A DNA stretch of 64,000 bases from an uncultured Alphaproteobacteria bacterium (GTDB lineage: Bacteria; Pseudomonadota; Alphaproteobacteria; Caulobacterales; Caulobacteraceae). Below the pieces are notes generated by a model. That model searched no databases, was not told where the DNA came from, and saw only the letters and a list, made by a program, of their open reading frames with translations. The stretch spans positions 3,441,565 through 3,505,564 of the forward strand of contig OW818694.1 in NCBI GenBank assembly GCA_942493205.1. Reading direction: 5' to 3'. The first letter of the stretch is position 1. Every line of letters begins with the position of its first letter. Positions 8,574-18,720 of this stretch are shown one piece after another. A program made the translations under genes and the position numbers.

Positions 8574-9533
8574 GTGCTGCTGGCGCTGGGCGAGGATCAC
8601 ACCGCGATCTGGGAAGCGCTCGACGAGGAGGAGATCAAGGAGGTCTCCCAGGCCATGGCGTCGCTGGGCAGCGTCGCCTCCACGGCGGTCGAGGAGCTGC
8701 TGGTCGAATTCGTCTCCGGCATGTCGGCCAGCGGCGCGATCATGGGCAGCTTCGAGCAGACCCAGCGCCTGCTGCACAGCTTCCTGCCGGCCGAGAAGGT
8801 CGACGCCCTGATGGAGGAGATCCGCGGCCCGGCGGGTCGCACCATGTGGGACAAGCTGGGCAACGTGAACGAGGCGGTGCTCGCCAACTACCTGAAGAAC
8901 GAATACCCGCAGACGGTCGCGGTGGTGCTCAGCAAGATCAAGGGCGACCACGCCTCGCGCGTGCTGGCGGCCCTGCCCGAGGACTTCGCCCTGGAATGCG
9001 TGCAGCGGATGCTGCGCATGGAGCCGGTGCAGCGCGAGATCCTCGACAAGATCGAGCAGACGCTGCGCACCGAGTTCATGTCCAACCTGGCGCGCACGTC
9101 CAAGCGCGACAGCCACGAGATGATGGCGGAGATCTTCAACAACTTCGACCGCCAGACCGAGGCCCGGTTCATCGCCGCGCTGGAGGAGCGCAACCGCGAG
9201 AGCGCCGAGCGCATCCGGGCGCTGATGTTCGTCTTCGAGGACCTGGGCAAGCTCGACCCGGGCGGCGTCCAGACCCTGCTGCGCGCGGTCGAGAAGGACC
9301 AGCTGGCGCTGGCGCTCAAGGGTTCGTCCGACGCGCTGCGCGAGATGTTCTTCTCCAACATGTCCGAACGCGCGTCGAAGATCATGCGCGAGGACATGGA
9401 AAGCATGGGCCCCGTTCGCCTCCGCGATGTCGACCAGGCCCAGATGGCCATGGTCCAGGCCGCCAAGGACCTGGCGGCCAAGGGCGAGATCATGCTGGCC
9501 GGGTCCGGCGGCGACGATGAGTTGATCTACTGA
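8574..9533 (+). CDS. fliG: flagellar motor switch protein FliG (intact frame from GTG 8574; the native N-terminus appears displaced by a frameshift, see findings)
   Basis: ..[82 protein letters not shown]. The ATG at 8507 overlaps the fliF stop (ATGA) and encodes [16 protein letters not shown] in the -1 frame relative to this ORF. Confidence 0.9.
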   Translation: MLLALGEDHTAIWEALDEEEIKEVSQAMASLGSVASTAVEELLVEFVSGMSASGAIMGSFEQTQRLLHSFLPAEKVDALMEEIRGPAGRTMWDKLGNVNEAVLANYLKNEYPQTVAVVLSKIKGDHASRVLAALPEDFALECVQRMLRMEPVQREILDKIEQTLRTEFMSNLARTSKRDSHEMMAEIFNNFDRQTEARFIAALEERNRESAERIRALMFVFEDLGKLDPGGVQTLLRAVEKDQLALALKGSSDALREMFFSNMSERASKIMREDMESMGPVRLRDVDQAQMAMVQAAKDLAAKGEIMLAGSGGDDELIY

Positions 9534-10192
9534 TGACCGGCTCCGCACCCCGCCCCTTCGCGTTCGACACCGTCTTCGATGACGCCGGATCGATCGCCTA
9601 TCAGCCGCCCGTCCGGCGCAAGCACTACTCGGCCGAGGAGGTCGAGGCCGCGCGTGTCGCCGGATTCGCCGAGGGCGAGCGCTCGGCCGTGGCCGAGGCC
9701 GAGGCGAGGGCCGCGGACGCCCTGGCCGACATCGCCCGCGCCACGCGCGCCGCCCTGGGGGCGTTGCAGGGCGTGGCGCATGGCCACCGCGTCGACTCCG
9801 CCAACCTGGCCCTGGCCGCCGCGCGCCGGATCGCCGACGCGGCGCTGGATCGCTTCCCGGAGGCGCCGCTGGCGGCCGCCCTCGAGGCTCTGGCCCGCGA
9901 ACTGGAAGCCCAGCCCCGCCTGGTCGTCCGCGTCGCGCCGGACCTGCAGGAGCGGGTGCAGCTGGTCCTCAACCACACCGCCGAGGCGGTCGGCTTCGAG
10001 GGGCAGATCCTCGCCCGCGCCGAGCCCGGCATGCTTCCCGCCGCCTTTATACTGGACTGGGGGGACGGCAAGGCCGCCTTCGATCCGCAGGACGCCGCCC
10101 GCCGCGTCGCGGCCGCCCTCGACGCGGCCCTCGCCGCCGAGGGCCTGCACGCTGAACCCATCCTTTCCGCCAGCGAGACCGACGATGTCTGA
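9533..10192 (+). CDS. flbE: flagellar assembly protein FlbE (FliH-like)
   Basis: The 219-aa Ala/Glu-rich protein sits between fliG and fliN, as in the Caulobacter fliF operon. Its ATG overlaps the fliG TGA. Confidence 0.75.
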   Translation: MTGSAPRPFAFDTVFDDAGSIAYQPPVRRKHYSAEEVEAARVAGFAEGERSAVAEAEARAADALADIARATRAALGALQGVAHGHRVDSANLALAAARRIADAALDRFPEAPLAAALEALARELEAQPRLVVRVAPDLQERVQLVLNHTAEAVGFEGQILARAEPGMLPAAFILDWGDGKAAFDPQDAARRVAAALDAALAAEGLHAEPILSASETDDV

Positions 10193-10526
10193 CGAGACCC
10201 ATCTCACGCTCGACGAGTTCGCCCCCGACGAGGGCCTGGCCACCGAAATGATGGTCAACCTGGACGACAAGACCGCCGCCGACCTGGCGCCGGTGTTTGA
10301 CGTGCCGGTGCACATCTCCGCCGTACTCGGCCGGGCCAGCCTGTCGGTCGCCCAGCTGCTGCACCTGGGTCAGGGCAGCGTGCTGGAGCTGGACCGCAAG
10401 GTCGGCGAGGCCATCGACATCTATGTGAACAACCGCCTGGTCGCCCGGGGCGAGGTCGTCGTCGTCGACGACCGCCTGGGCGTGACCATGACCGAAATCA
10501 TCAAGGACGGCGACGCGGCGGCCTGA
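10185..10526 (+). CDS. fliN: flagellar motor switch protein FliN
   Basis: ..[67 protein letters not shown] is the SpoA/FliN C-terminal domain. The internal ATG at 10185 of track ORF 9579-10526 overlaps the flbE stop. Confidence 0.92.
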   Translation: MSDETHLTLDEFAPDEGLATEMMVNLDDKTAADLAPVFDVPVHISAVLGRASLSVAQLLHLGQGSVLELDRKVGEAIDIYVNNRLVARGEVVVVDDRLGVTMTEIIKDGDAAA

Positions 10527-10555
10527 ACGGCCGGCGTGTAGCAGGGAGATTACCG

Positions 10556-11923
<1,368 letters not shown>

Positions 11924-11943
11924 TCGCGGCGTCCGGGTAACCC

Positions 11944-14037
11944 ATGGCTGACACCAGCGTAGCCGGCGTTTCCAACCGCCCCAGCCCCCGCGAAGTCTGG
12001 GGCTGGCTGGCGCGTGGCGAGGTCGGGCTGGCGCTGGGCATCGTCGGCATCGTCGTCCTGCTGATCCTGCCGATCCCGCCGTTCATGCTGGATCTGCTGC
12101 TGACGGTCTCGATCGGCAGCTCGATCCTGATCCTGATGACGGCGCTGCTGATCAAGAAGCCGCTGGAGTTCACCGCCTTCCCGACGGTGCTGCTGGTCAC
12201 CACCCTCTACCGCCTGGGCCTGAACCTGGCCTCGACCCGGCTGATCCTCAGCCATGGCCACGAGGGCGCCCACGGGGCCGGCGACGTCATCAAGGCGTTC
12301 GGCGACCTGATGATGGGCGGCAGCTTCATCATCGGCCTGATCATCTTCGCCATCCTGGTGCTGGTGAACTTCGTCGTGGTCACCAAGGGCTCGGGGCGCA
12401 TCGCCGAGGTGGCGGCCCGCTTCAGCCTCGACGCCATGCCCGGCAAGCAGATGGCCATCGACTCGGACCTGTCCTCGGGCCTGATCGACCAGGACCAGGC
12501 CAAGCTGCGCCGCAAGGAGCTGGAGCAGGAGTCGACCTTCTTCGGGGCCATGGACGGCGCCAGCAAGTTCGTGAAGGGCGACGCCATCGCCGGCCTGGTG
12601 ATCGTCGGCATCAACATCATCGGCGGAATGCTGATCGGCATCCTGCAGCACGACATGCCGGCCGGCGACGCCGCCTCGACCTACACCCTGATGACCGTCG
12701 GCGACGGCCTGGTCAGCCAGATCCCGGCCCTGATCATCTCGATCGCCGCCGGCCTGCTGGTGTCCAAGGCCGGCGTCGAGGGCGCCGCGGACAAGGCCCT
12801 GGTCACCCAGCTGGCCATGAACCCGTTGAGCCTGGGCATGGTCTCGGCCACCTCCGGCGTGCTGGCCTTCATTCCCGGCATGCCGGTGATCCCCTTCCTG
12901 GCCGTTGCGGTCGGCGCCGGCATGCTGGCCTGGCACAGGTCCCATCCGGTGCCCGAGCTGGCGCCGGCCATCGACCTCTCGGCCGCCCCGGTCGAGCAGG
13001 AGGAGGAGCCGATCAGCGCCTCCCTGGCCATCGACGACATCAAGATCGAGCTCGGCTACGGCCTGCTGGCGCTGATCAACGACCTGGACGGTCGCAAGCT
13101 GACCGACCAGATCCGCGCCCTGCGCAAGACCCTGGCGGCGGACTTCGGCTTCGTCATGCCGCCGGTGCGCATCCTGGACAACATGCGGCTGGCCACCCAG
13201 GGCTACGCCATCCGCATCAAGGAGATGGAGTGCGGCGCCGGTGAGGTCCGCATCGGCAGCCTGATGGCCATGGACCCCCGCGGCGGCCAGGTCGAGCTGC
13301 CAGGCGACCACGTGCGCGAGCCCGCCTTCGGCCTGCCGGCCACCTGGATCGACGACGGTCTGAAGGAGGAGGCGACCTTCCGCGGCTACACCATCGTCGA
13401 TCCGGCCACCGTGCTGACCACGCACCTGACCGAGATCCTCAAGGATAACATGGCCGACCTGCTGTCCTTCGCCGAGGTGCAGAAGCTCATCAAGGACCTG
13501 ACGCCCGACCAGAAGAAGCTGGCCGACGACGTCATCCCGGCCATCGTCACCGGCACCACCTTCCAGCGCGTCCTGCAGGCGCTGCTGCGCGAGCGGGTCT
13601 CGATCCGCGACCTGCAGGCCATCCTCGAGGGCGTCGCCGAGGCCGCGCCGCACACCACCTCGATCACCTCGCTGGTCGAGTCGGTCCGCGCCAAGCTGGG
13701 CCGCCAGCTCTGCTGGGCCAACCGCGGCGACGACGGCGCCCTGCCTATCGTCACCCTGTCGCCCGACTGGGAAGTGGCCTTCTCCGAGGCGCTCGTGGGC
13801 AATGGCGAGGAAAAGCAGCTGGCCATGGCCCCCAGCAAGCTGCAGGAGTTCATCCGCGGCGTCCGCGAGGCCTTCGAGCGCGCGGCCCTGGCCGGCGACA
13901 GCCCCGTCCTCCTGACCAGCCCGCTGGCCCGCCCCTATGTCCGCCAGATCATCGAGCGCTTCCGCGGCCAGACCGTGGTGATGAGCCAGAACGAGGTGCA
14001 TCCCAAGGCGCGGCTGCGCACGGTCGGGCAGGTCTAG
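11944..14037 (+). CDS. flhA: flagellar export apparatus protein FlhA (FlbF)
   Basis: The 697-aa protein reads ..FPTVLLVTTLYRLGLNLASTRLIL..ITKGSGRIAEVAARFSLDAMPGKQMAIDSDL... This is the typical FHIPEP family sequence. Confidence 0.95.
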   Translation: MADTSVAGVSNRPSPREVWGWLARGEVGLALGIVGIVVLLILPIPPFMLDLLLTVSIGSSILILMTALLIKKPLEFTAFPTVLLVTTLYRLGLNLASTRLILSHGHEGAHGAGDVIKAFGDLMMGGSFIIGLIIFAILVLVNFVVVTKGSGRIAEVAARFSLDAMPGKQMAIDSDLSSGLIDQDQAKLRRKELEQESTFFGAMDGASKFVKGDAIAGLVIVGINIIGGMLIGILQHDMPAGDAASTYTLMTVGDGLVSQIPALIISIAAGLLVSKAGVEGAADKALVTQLAMNPLSLGMVSATSGVLAFIPGMPVIPFLAVAVGAGMLAWHRSHPVPELAPAIDLSAAPVEQEEEPISASLAIDDIKIELGYGLLALINDLDGRKLTDQIRALRKTLAADFGFVMPPVRILDNMRLATQGYAIRIKEMECGAGEVRIGSLMAMDPRGGQVELPGDHVREPAFGLPATWIDDGLKEEATFRGYTIVDPATVLTTHLTEILKDNMADLLSFAEVQKLIKDLTPDQKKLADDVIPAIVTGTTFQRVLQALLRERVSIRDLQAILEGVAEAAPHTTSITSLVESVRAKLGRQLCWANRGDDGALPIVTLSPDWEVAFSEALVGNGEEKQLAMAPSKLQEFIRGVREAFERAALAGDSPVLLTSPLARPYVRQIIERFRGQTVVMSQNEVHPKARLRTVGQV

Positions 14038-14212
14038 GGAGGGGACTGCTTCGGGCGATAGCCCGTAGCTGTGCCTCAACACCTTTCCAGGGCTGTCGAG
14101 GGACAGGAAGCGCGACCCTGCGAGCCGCTTCATCCAGTCCCGCGGGGAACCGACTCTGCGTCGACGCATTCACCCCCACGGCTGGGTGGATCCTGATGAG
14201 GACACCCCAAGC

Positions 14213-14575
14213 ATGCGCCTTCGCATCCTCGCCTTCGCCGTCGCCGCCAGCGCCGCCGCCGCCTTCACCGCCTGCGCCCAGGAATCGGCCCCGCCAACGC
14301 CGCCGGCGCAGGACGCCGTTCCGCCAGCCGCCCAGGGCGCGCCGAAGCCCGGCGGGGCGGCGCTTGAGGCCGGCGCTCAGGTCACCGATGCGGCCGGTCG
14401 TGAAATCGGGACCGTCCAGAGCGTCGCCGACGGCACGGACGGCCAGACCGTGATTGTCCAGATCGACGGTCAGCTCTATGGCCTCCCGGCCTCGACCTTC
14501 AGCACCGCCAGCGGCAAGATCGTCAGCCGCAACACCAAGGACCAGATCAAGGCCGCGTCCAGGCCGCAGCCGTAG
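14213..14575 (+). CDS. small lipoprotein with a PRC-barrel-like C-terminal segment
   Basis: MRLRILAFAVAASAAAAFTAC carries a lipobox. GAQVTDAAGREIGTVQSVADGTDGQTVIVQIDGQLYGLPAS resembles the segment in the 17500-18036 protein. The family assignment is tentative. Confidence 0.55.
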   Translation: MRLRILAFAVAASAAAAFTACAQESAPPTPPAQDAVPPAAQGAPKPGGAALEAGAQVTDAAGREIGTVQSVADGTDGQTVIVQIDGQLYGLPASTFSTASGKIVSRNTKDQIKAASRPQP

Positions 14576-14607
14576 GGGCGGAGAGGGCGGGTCTTCGACC
14601 CTCAATC

Positions 14608-14697
14608 CATCCCGTCTTCCCGGCGAAGGCCGGGATCCACGACCGGCCCCCACTGCCTTCGCCTCCGTATGGACCCCGGCCTTCGCCGGGGAAACGG
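14608..14697. repeat. REP-like inverted-repeat element (CCCGGCGAAGGCCGGG type)
   Basis: ccgtcttcccggcgaaggccgggatcc and ggaccccggccttcgccggggaaacgg are inverted copies. The element is related to the one at 30384-30475. Coordinates are approximate. Confidence 0.6.
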
Positions 14698-14773
14698 TGC
14701 TGGGTTAGGCTAGAGTGGCGCCCGGCCTGCCCGCCCCACTTGATCGCGTACTCAAGTTCTGCAACTCTCTTGA

Positions 14774-15424
14774 GTGACCGATCAAGAGAGGCCCCGATCC
14801 GTGGAACCGACGCGAGAGCGCATCCTGTTCGCCGCGCTGAAGCTCTTCTCGGAGAAGGGCTACCTGTCGACCTCCGTGGCCGACATTCTGCGGGAGGCCG
14901 GGGCCAATTCCGGCAGCCTCTACCACTTCTATCCGACCAAGCAGGACGTGCTGCTGGCGGTGCTGGAGATGTACCGCGACGGCATCTATCCGATGCTGCT
15001 GGCGCCGGCCTGGGAAGGCGTCAACGACCCGATCGAGCGGGTGTTCGCGCTGCTCGGCGCCTATCGCGAGATGCTGCGCACGACCGACTGCCTGTACGGC
15101 TGCCCGATCGGCTCCATCGCGCTGGAGCTGCATGAGCCCGACCCGCCGGTGCGCGAGCTCCTGTCTGTCAACTTCGACGGCTGGGTGAAGCATGTGAAGG
15201 GCTGCCTGGACCAGGCCAAGCATCGCTTGCCGCCCGGGACCGATACGAAGGCCCTGGCCGTCTTCGTGCTGACCACGATGGAGGGCGGGGTGATGCAGTC
15301 GCGCACCCACCGCACGCTCGACGCCTTCGACGCCTCGGTCGCCGGGCTGCGGTCGTACGTCACGCTGCTGGAGGCGGCGGCCGGTCGGCCCACCGCCGGA
15401 GCGCAACAGGAGGCCGGCACGTGA
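14774..15424 (+). CDS. TetR family transcriptional regulator
   Basis: RERILFAALKLFSEKGYLSTSVADILREAGANSGSLYHFYPTKQDVLLAVLE is the TetR N-terminal HTH. Confidence 0.9.
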   Translation: MTDQERPRSVEPTRERILFAALKLFSEKGYLSTSVADILREAGANSGSLYHFYPTKQDVLLAVLEMYRDGIYPMLLAPAWEGVNDPIERVFALLGAYREMLRTTDCLYGCPIGSIALELHEPDPPVRELLSVNFDGWVKHVKGCLDQAKHRLPPGTDTKALAVFVLTTMEGGVMQSRTHRTLDAFDASVAGLRSYVTLLEAAAGRPTAGAQQEAGT

Positions 15425-16086
15425 TGCGCCTCGCCCTCACCCTCGCCGCCATCGCGGCGCTGTCCCTGTCCGCCGCCCGGGCCGCCGAGCCGGCGAAGGT
15501 GCCGGACTGGCGCGACTTCCGCGCCGTGAGCAACAGTTCGTTCGTCGAGGCGGACGGCGACCGGGTTCTGCAGCTGTCCATCGTCGTGCCGGCCTCGCCC
15601 GCCCAGGTCTGGGACGCCTTCACCACCGCCGAGGGCTACCGCGCCTGGGTCGCTCCTGTCGCTGCGGTCGACCTGCGCATCGGCGGCGATATCGAGGCCA
15701 GCTATGACCCGGCCGCGAAGATCGGCGGGCCCGACAACATCAAAAACCGCATCGTCGCCTATGTGCCCCAGCGCCTGCTGTCGTTCCGCAACGTCCAGGC
15801 GCCCAAGGCCCTGCCGCATCGCGAGCTGTTCGGCGACATCGTCACCACGCTGGAGATCGAGGACCTCGGCGCCGGCCGCAGCCGGGTCAGCCTGACCAGC
15901 GTCGGCTACGCCCCGGGCGAGGGCTTCGACGTCCTCTACCGCCACTTCGAGTGGGGCAACGCCTACTCGCTCAACGAACTGAAGAAGCGCTTCGAGGCCG
16001 GTCCCATCGACTGGGCCGCCGTCCTCGAACGCCGGAAGGCCGCGGCCGCCTCGGCCACGGTCACAGGGGGAGGGAAAACCCAATGA
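15421..16086 (+). CDS. secreted SRPBCC/AHSA1-like domain protein
   Basis: The signal peptide reads MRLALTLAAIAALSLSAARAAEP. ..VWDAFTTAEGYRAWVAPVAAVDLRIGGDIEASY.. is typical of the Aha1/START-like fold. The start overlaps the TetR stop. Confidence 0.65.
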   Translation: MMRLALTLAAIAALSLSAARAAEPAKVPDWRDFRAVSNSSFVEADGDRVLQLSIVVPASPAQVWDAFTTAEGYRAWVAPVAAVDLRIGGDIEASYDPAAKIGGPDNIKNRIVAYVPQRLLSFRNVQAPKALPHRELFGDIVTTLEIEDLGAGRSRVSLTSVGYAPGEGFDVLYRHFEWGNAYSLNELKKRFEAGPIDWAAVLERRKAAAASATVTGGGKTQ

Positions 16087-16424
16087 ACATGAAGGTCTTG
16101 ATCACCAACACGGTGATCGGCGCGGCGTTGCAGGTGGCCATGATCGTCGCAGGCCAGTACCTGCCCGCCGTGCAAGGCTACTATCCGATCGCCGGGACCC
16201 TGATCTCGCTGGCGGCGGGCCTGCTCTACGCGCGGGCGGCAAGGGGCGGCTGGGGCGACAGTCTCATCGGCGGCGCGATCACGGGCGCGGTCTGCGCCGC
16301 GATCGGCATCGCGATGTCCTGGGCGCTGGGGCAGGTTCCGCCGATCACCTTCCTGATCGGCACGTCAGCCTCGGCGGTCGGCGGCCTGATCGGCGGCGCG
16401 ATCGGCAAGCTGGTGGCGAAGTAG
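16083..16424 (+). CDS. small integral membrane protein (Gly/Ala-rich, 3-4 TM)
   Basis: MNMKVLITNTVIGAALQVAMIVAGQYLP..LIGGAIGKLVAK. The ATGA overlap with the upstream stop suggests a TetR-SRPBCC-membrane operon. Confidence 0.6.
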   Translation: MNMKVLITNTVIGAALQVAMIVAGQYLPAVQGYYPIAGTLISLAAGLLYARAARGGWGDSLIGGAITGAVCAAIGIAMSWALGQVPPITFLIGTSASAVGGLIGGAIGKLVAK

Positions 16425-16430
16425 CCGCCT

Positions 16431-16538
16431 TGCGTCCTTCGACACGCCGCTTCGCGGCTGCTCAGGATGACGTCTGTTGAAGGCTGTCTTCCCACGTCAT
16501 GCTGAGCAGCGCTCGAAGAGCACGTGTCGAAGCACGCA
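16431..16538. repeat. GTCATCC-type REP/MITE-like composite element (R-spacer-F architecture)
   Basis: tgcgtccttcgacacgccgcttcgcggctgctcaggatgac, a 24-nt spacer, then gtcatgctgagcagcgctcgaagagcacgtgtcgaagcacgca. The two halves are inverted copies. Confidence 0.85.
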
Positions 16539-16545
16539 ATGAGCC

Positions 16546-17361
16546 TCAGTCCGCGAACACCGCCGGCCGCTTCTGCATGTTCGACATCACCGCCTCGATC
16601 TGGTTGGGCGAGCCGATCAGGGCCGTCTGCTCGACCGACTCGGCCAGCAGCACGGTCTTCTGGTCGGCGCCGGAGGCGGCGAGGTCCAGCAGGCGCTTGT
16701 CGGCGCGGATGGCGTGCGGGTTGCGGGCCGCGATCTCGGCCGCCAGGGCCAGGGCGTCGGCGCGGGGATCGGCGCAGACCCGCGTGGCGAAGCCCAGCGT
16801 CAGCGCTTCCTCGCCGGTGAACTGCCGTCCGCTGTAGGTCAGCTCGCGCGCCACGTCGTCGCGCACCAGATGGCGCATCAGCACCAGGCCGGCCATGTCG
16901 GGCACCAGGCCCCACTTGATCTCCATGACCGACATGCGGGTGTCGGCGGTCACGTAGCGGATGTCGGCGCCGAGCGTCAGCTGGAAGCCGCCGCCGAAGG
17001 CCACGCCGTGGATCGCCGCGATCACCGGCACCGGAATCTCGCGCCAGACCATGACCGCGTGCTGGGCCCGGTTGCTGCCGCCCGGCGTGCGGTCGGCGGT
17101 GACCAGGGTCTCGGAGCCGCCCTTGCGCTCGCCCGAAGCCATCTTGCCGAAGTTGCCCATGTCGAGCCCGGCGCAGAAGGCGCGGCCCTCGCCCGACAGC
17201 ACCACGGCCCGGACGCCGGGCTCGGTCTTGAGACGTTCGCCGGTCTCGATCAGCGCCGAGAACATGGCGTCGTCCAGGGCGTTCATCTTGTCGGTGCGGA
17301 TCATCCGGACGTCGGCGACGCCGTTCTCGATGGTCACGGAGATGCGGTCTTCGGCGCTCAT
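16546..17361 (-). CDS. enoyl-CoA hydratase/isomerase (crotonase) family protein
   Basis: ..VRAVVLSGEGRAFCAGLDMG..IAAIHGVAFGGGFQLTLGADIR.. Confidence 0.9.
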   Translation of the reverse strand: MSAEDRISVTIENGVADVRMIRTDKMNALDDAMFSALIETGERLKTEPGVRAVVLSGEGRAFCAGLDMGNFGKMASGERKGGSETLVTADRTPGGSNRAQHAVMVWREIPVPVIAAIHGVAFGGGFQLTLGADIRYVTADTRMSVMEIKWGLVPDMAGLVLMRHLVRDDVARELTYSGRQFTGEEALTLGFATRVCADPRADALALAAEIAARNPHAIRADKRLLDLAASGADQKTVLLAESVEQTALIGSPNQIEAVMSNMQKRPAVFAD

Positions 17362-17499
17362 GGCGGGCGTTTCCCTGTCGTGTTTGCGACAGCTAACGGC
17401 GCGGGCGGCGCCTCCGCAAGCCTGTCGCCGAGGAACCCGGGCACGGGATCGGGGTTAAGGCCCGAGGTCGGGGGAGCGATTTCCAGGGAGACTTCTCTC

Positions 17500-18036
17500 A
17501 TGCGCGACAAACTCGTTCTGCTGGCGGCGGCCGGCGCCCTCGCTTTCGCCGGCGCGGCTCATGCCCAGGTGCTGGGCGGCGGTGTCGGCGGCGGCGTCGG
17601 CAGCCCGCTGGGCGGCGTGACCGGCCAGGTCGGCGGCCAGCTCACCGGACCGGAGCTTCCCACCGACCGTGTCACGGACACGGCCCGCGACGGCGCCGAC
17701 GCCGCCCGGCGCGCCACCAAGCGCGCCAAGGCCAAGGCGGACCAGGCCGCTGACGTGGCCGGGGACAAGGCCCGCGGCGCGGCAGACAGCGCCACGGACG
17801 CCAGCGCCCGCGCGGCGGCCTCCGGCCGCTTCGCGGCCGGCACGATGGTGCGCGACAACAGCGGGGCCGAGATCGGCAAGGTCATCGCCGCGGACGGCTC
17901 GGGCAGCGTCCAGATCCAGACCCGGTCCGGCGTGGTCACCCTGCCGGCCGCCGCGCTGCGGATGAACGGCGGCGTGGCGGTCAGCGATCAGTCCGAGGCC
18001 GAGATTCGCGCCTCCGGTTCGGCCCGCACGAACTGA
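17500..18036 (+). CDS. secreted protein with Gly-rich N-region and PRC-barrel-like C-terminus
   Basis: The internal ATG of track ORF 16714-18036 gives MRDKLVLLAAAGALAFAGAAHAQ, a signal peptide. The C-terminal GTMVRDNSGAEIGKVIAADGSGSVQIQTRSGVVTLPAAAL is paralogous to the 14213 protein. Confidence 0.6.
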   Translation: MRDKLVLLAAAGALAFAGAAHAQVLGGGVGGGVGSPLGGVTGQVGGQLTGPELPTDRVTDTARDGADAARRATKRAKAKADQAADVAGDKARGAADSATDASARAAASGRFAAGTMVRDNSGAEIGKVIAADGSGSVQIQTRSGVVTLPAAALRMNGGVAVSDQSEAEIRASGSARTN

Positions 18037-18163
18037 CCCGACCAACCGCCCCGGCCGCATCGCCAGCGGCCGGGGCGACGCGTCACGGTTGCCCGCGCCC
18101 CTTCGCGCCGATAGACATGCGACGAAAGAGGCGGCGTCCGCGCCGTCCGGGGAAAGAGTAACG

Positions 18164-18538
18164 ATGGCGCCCAGATCCAGGACGAAAAAGGCGGCCGGCG
18201 GCATCCTCTGGGATCTGCTGACCTTCGATCGGCTGATGACCGGCCCGGTGGTTCACCTGATCTACTGGGCGGGCCTGGGCGTGATTCTGCTGGGCGCGTT
18301 CGGCGCCATCGGCGCGGCCGTGGGCGTGGCCCTCAACGACGACAACCTGATCGGCAAGATCCTGGCCCTGCCGGTGACGGTGGCCGGCCTGCTGGTCTGC
18401 GTGGCGCTGGCGCTGCTGTGGCGGTCGTTCTGCGAACTCTATGTCGCCGTCTTCCGCATCGCCGACGACCTGCGCGCCCTGCGCCAGGCCAGCGACGCCG
18501 ACCACGTGCTCAGGCGGCCGGTTCCGCCGTCGGAGTAG
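18164..18538 (+). CDS. DUF4282-like membrane protein
   Basis: ..LWDLLTFDRLMTGPVVHLIYWAGLGVILLGAFGAIG..LLWRSFCELYVAVFRIADDLRAL. The SD sequence GGAAAGAG lies upstream of the ATG at 18164. Confidence 0.6.
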   Translation: MAPRSRTKKAAGGILWDLLTFDRLMTGPVVHLIYWAGLGVILLGAFGAIGAAVGVALNDDNLIGKILALPVTVAGLLVCVALALLWRSFCELYVAVFRIADDLRALRQASDADHVLRRPVPPSE

Positions 18539-18570
18539 CTGTAGCGGCTGGTCGCTTCCAATCTTGCTCC

Positions 18571-18694
18571 GTCATCCTCGCGCTTGTCGCGAGGACCCAT
18601 GCGTGGTGAGCGGGCCGGCTTTGGCGGGGTTGGCGCCGAGCTTCTACGATCAGCCTCAGTGTTCATGGGCCCTCGCGACAAGCGCGAGGATGAC
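18571..18694. repeat. GTCATCCTCGCG-type REP-like inverted pair
   Basis: gtcatcctcgcgcttgtcgcgaggaccc (18571-18598) and gggccctcgcgacaagcgcgaggatgac (18667-18694) are inverted copies. Each contains its own internal hairpin. Confidence 0.8.
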
Positions 18695-18720
18695 GGCGGG
18701 AAGATAGTCGCGAGGAAGCT

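Noticed and set aside
8507-9520. 337-aa plus-strand ORF starting at the ATG that overlaps the fliF stop
   Set aside because: Only its first about 16 codons ([16 protein letters not shown]) look genuine. After the G4 tract it reads Arg/Gly-rich nonsense, out of frame with the real FliG sequence. It is treated as the displaced fliG N-terminus, not as a gene.
6558-9548. 996-aa minus-strand ORF
   Set aside because: It is antisense to fliF and fliG. No recognisable domain. Shadow frame.
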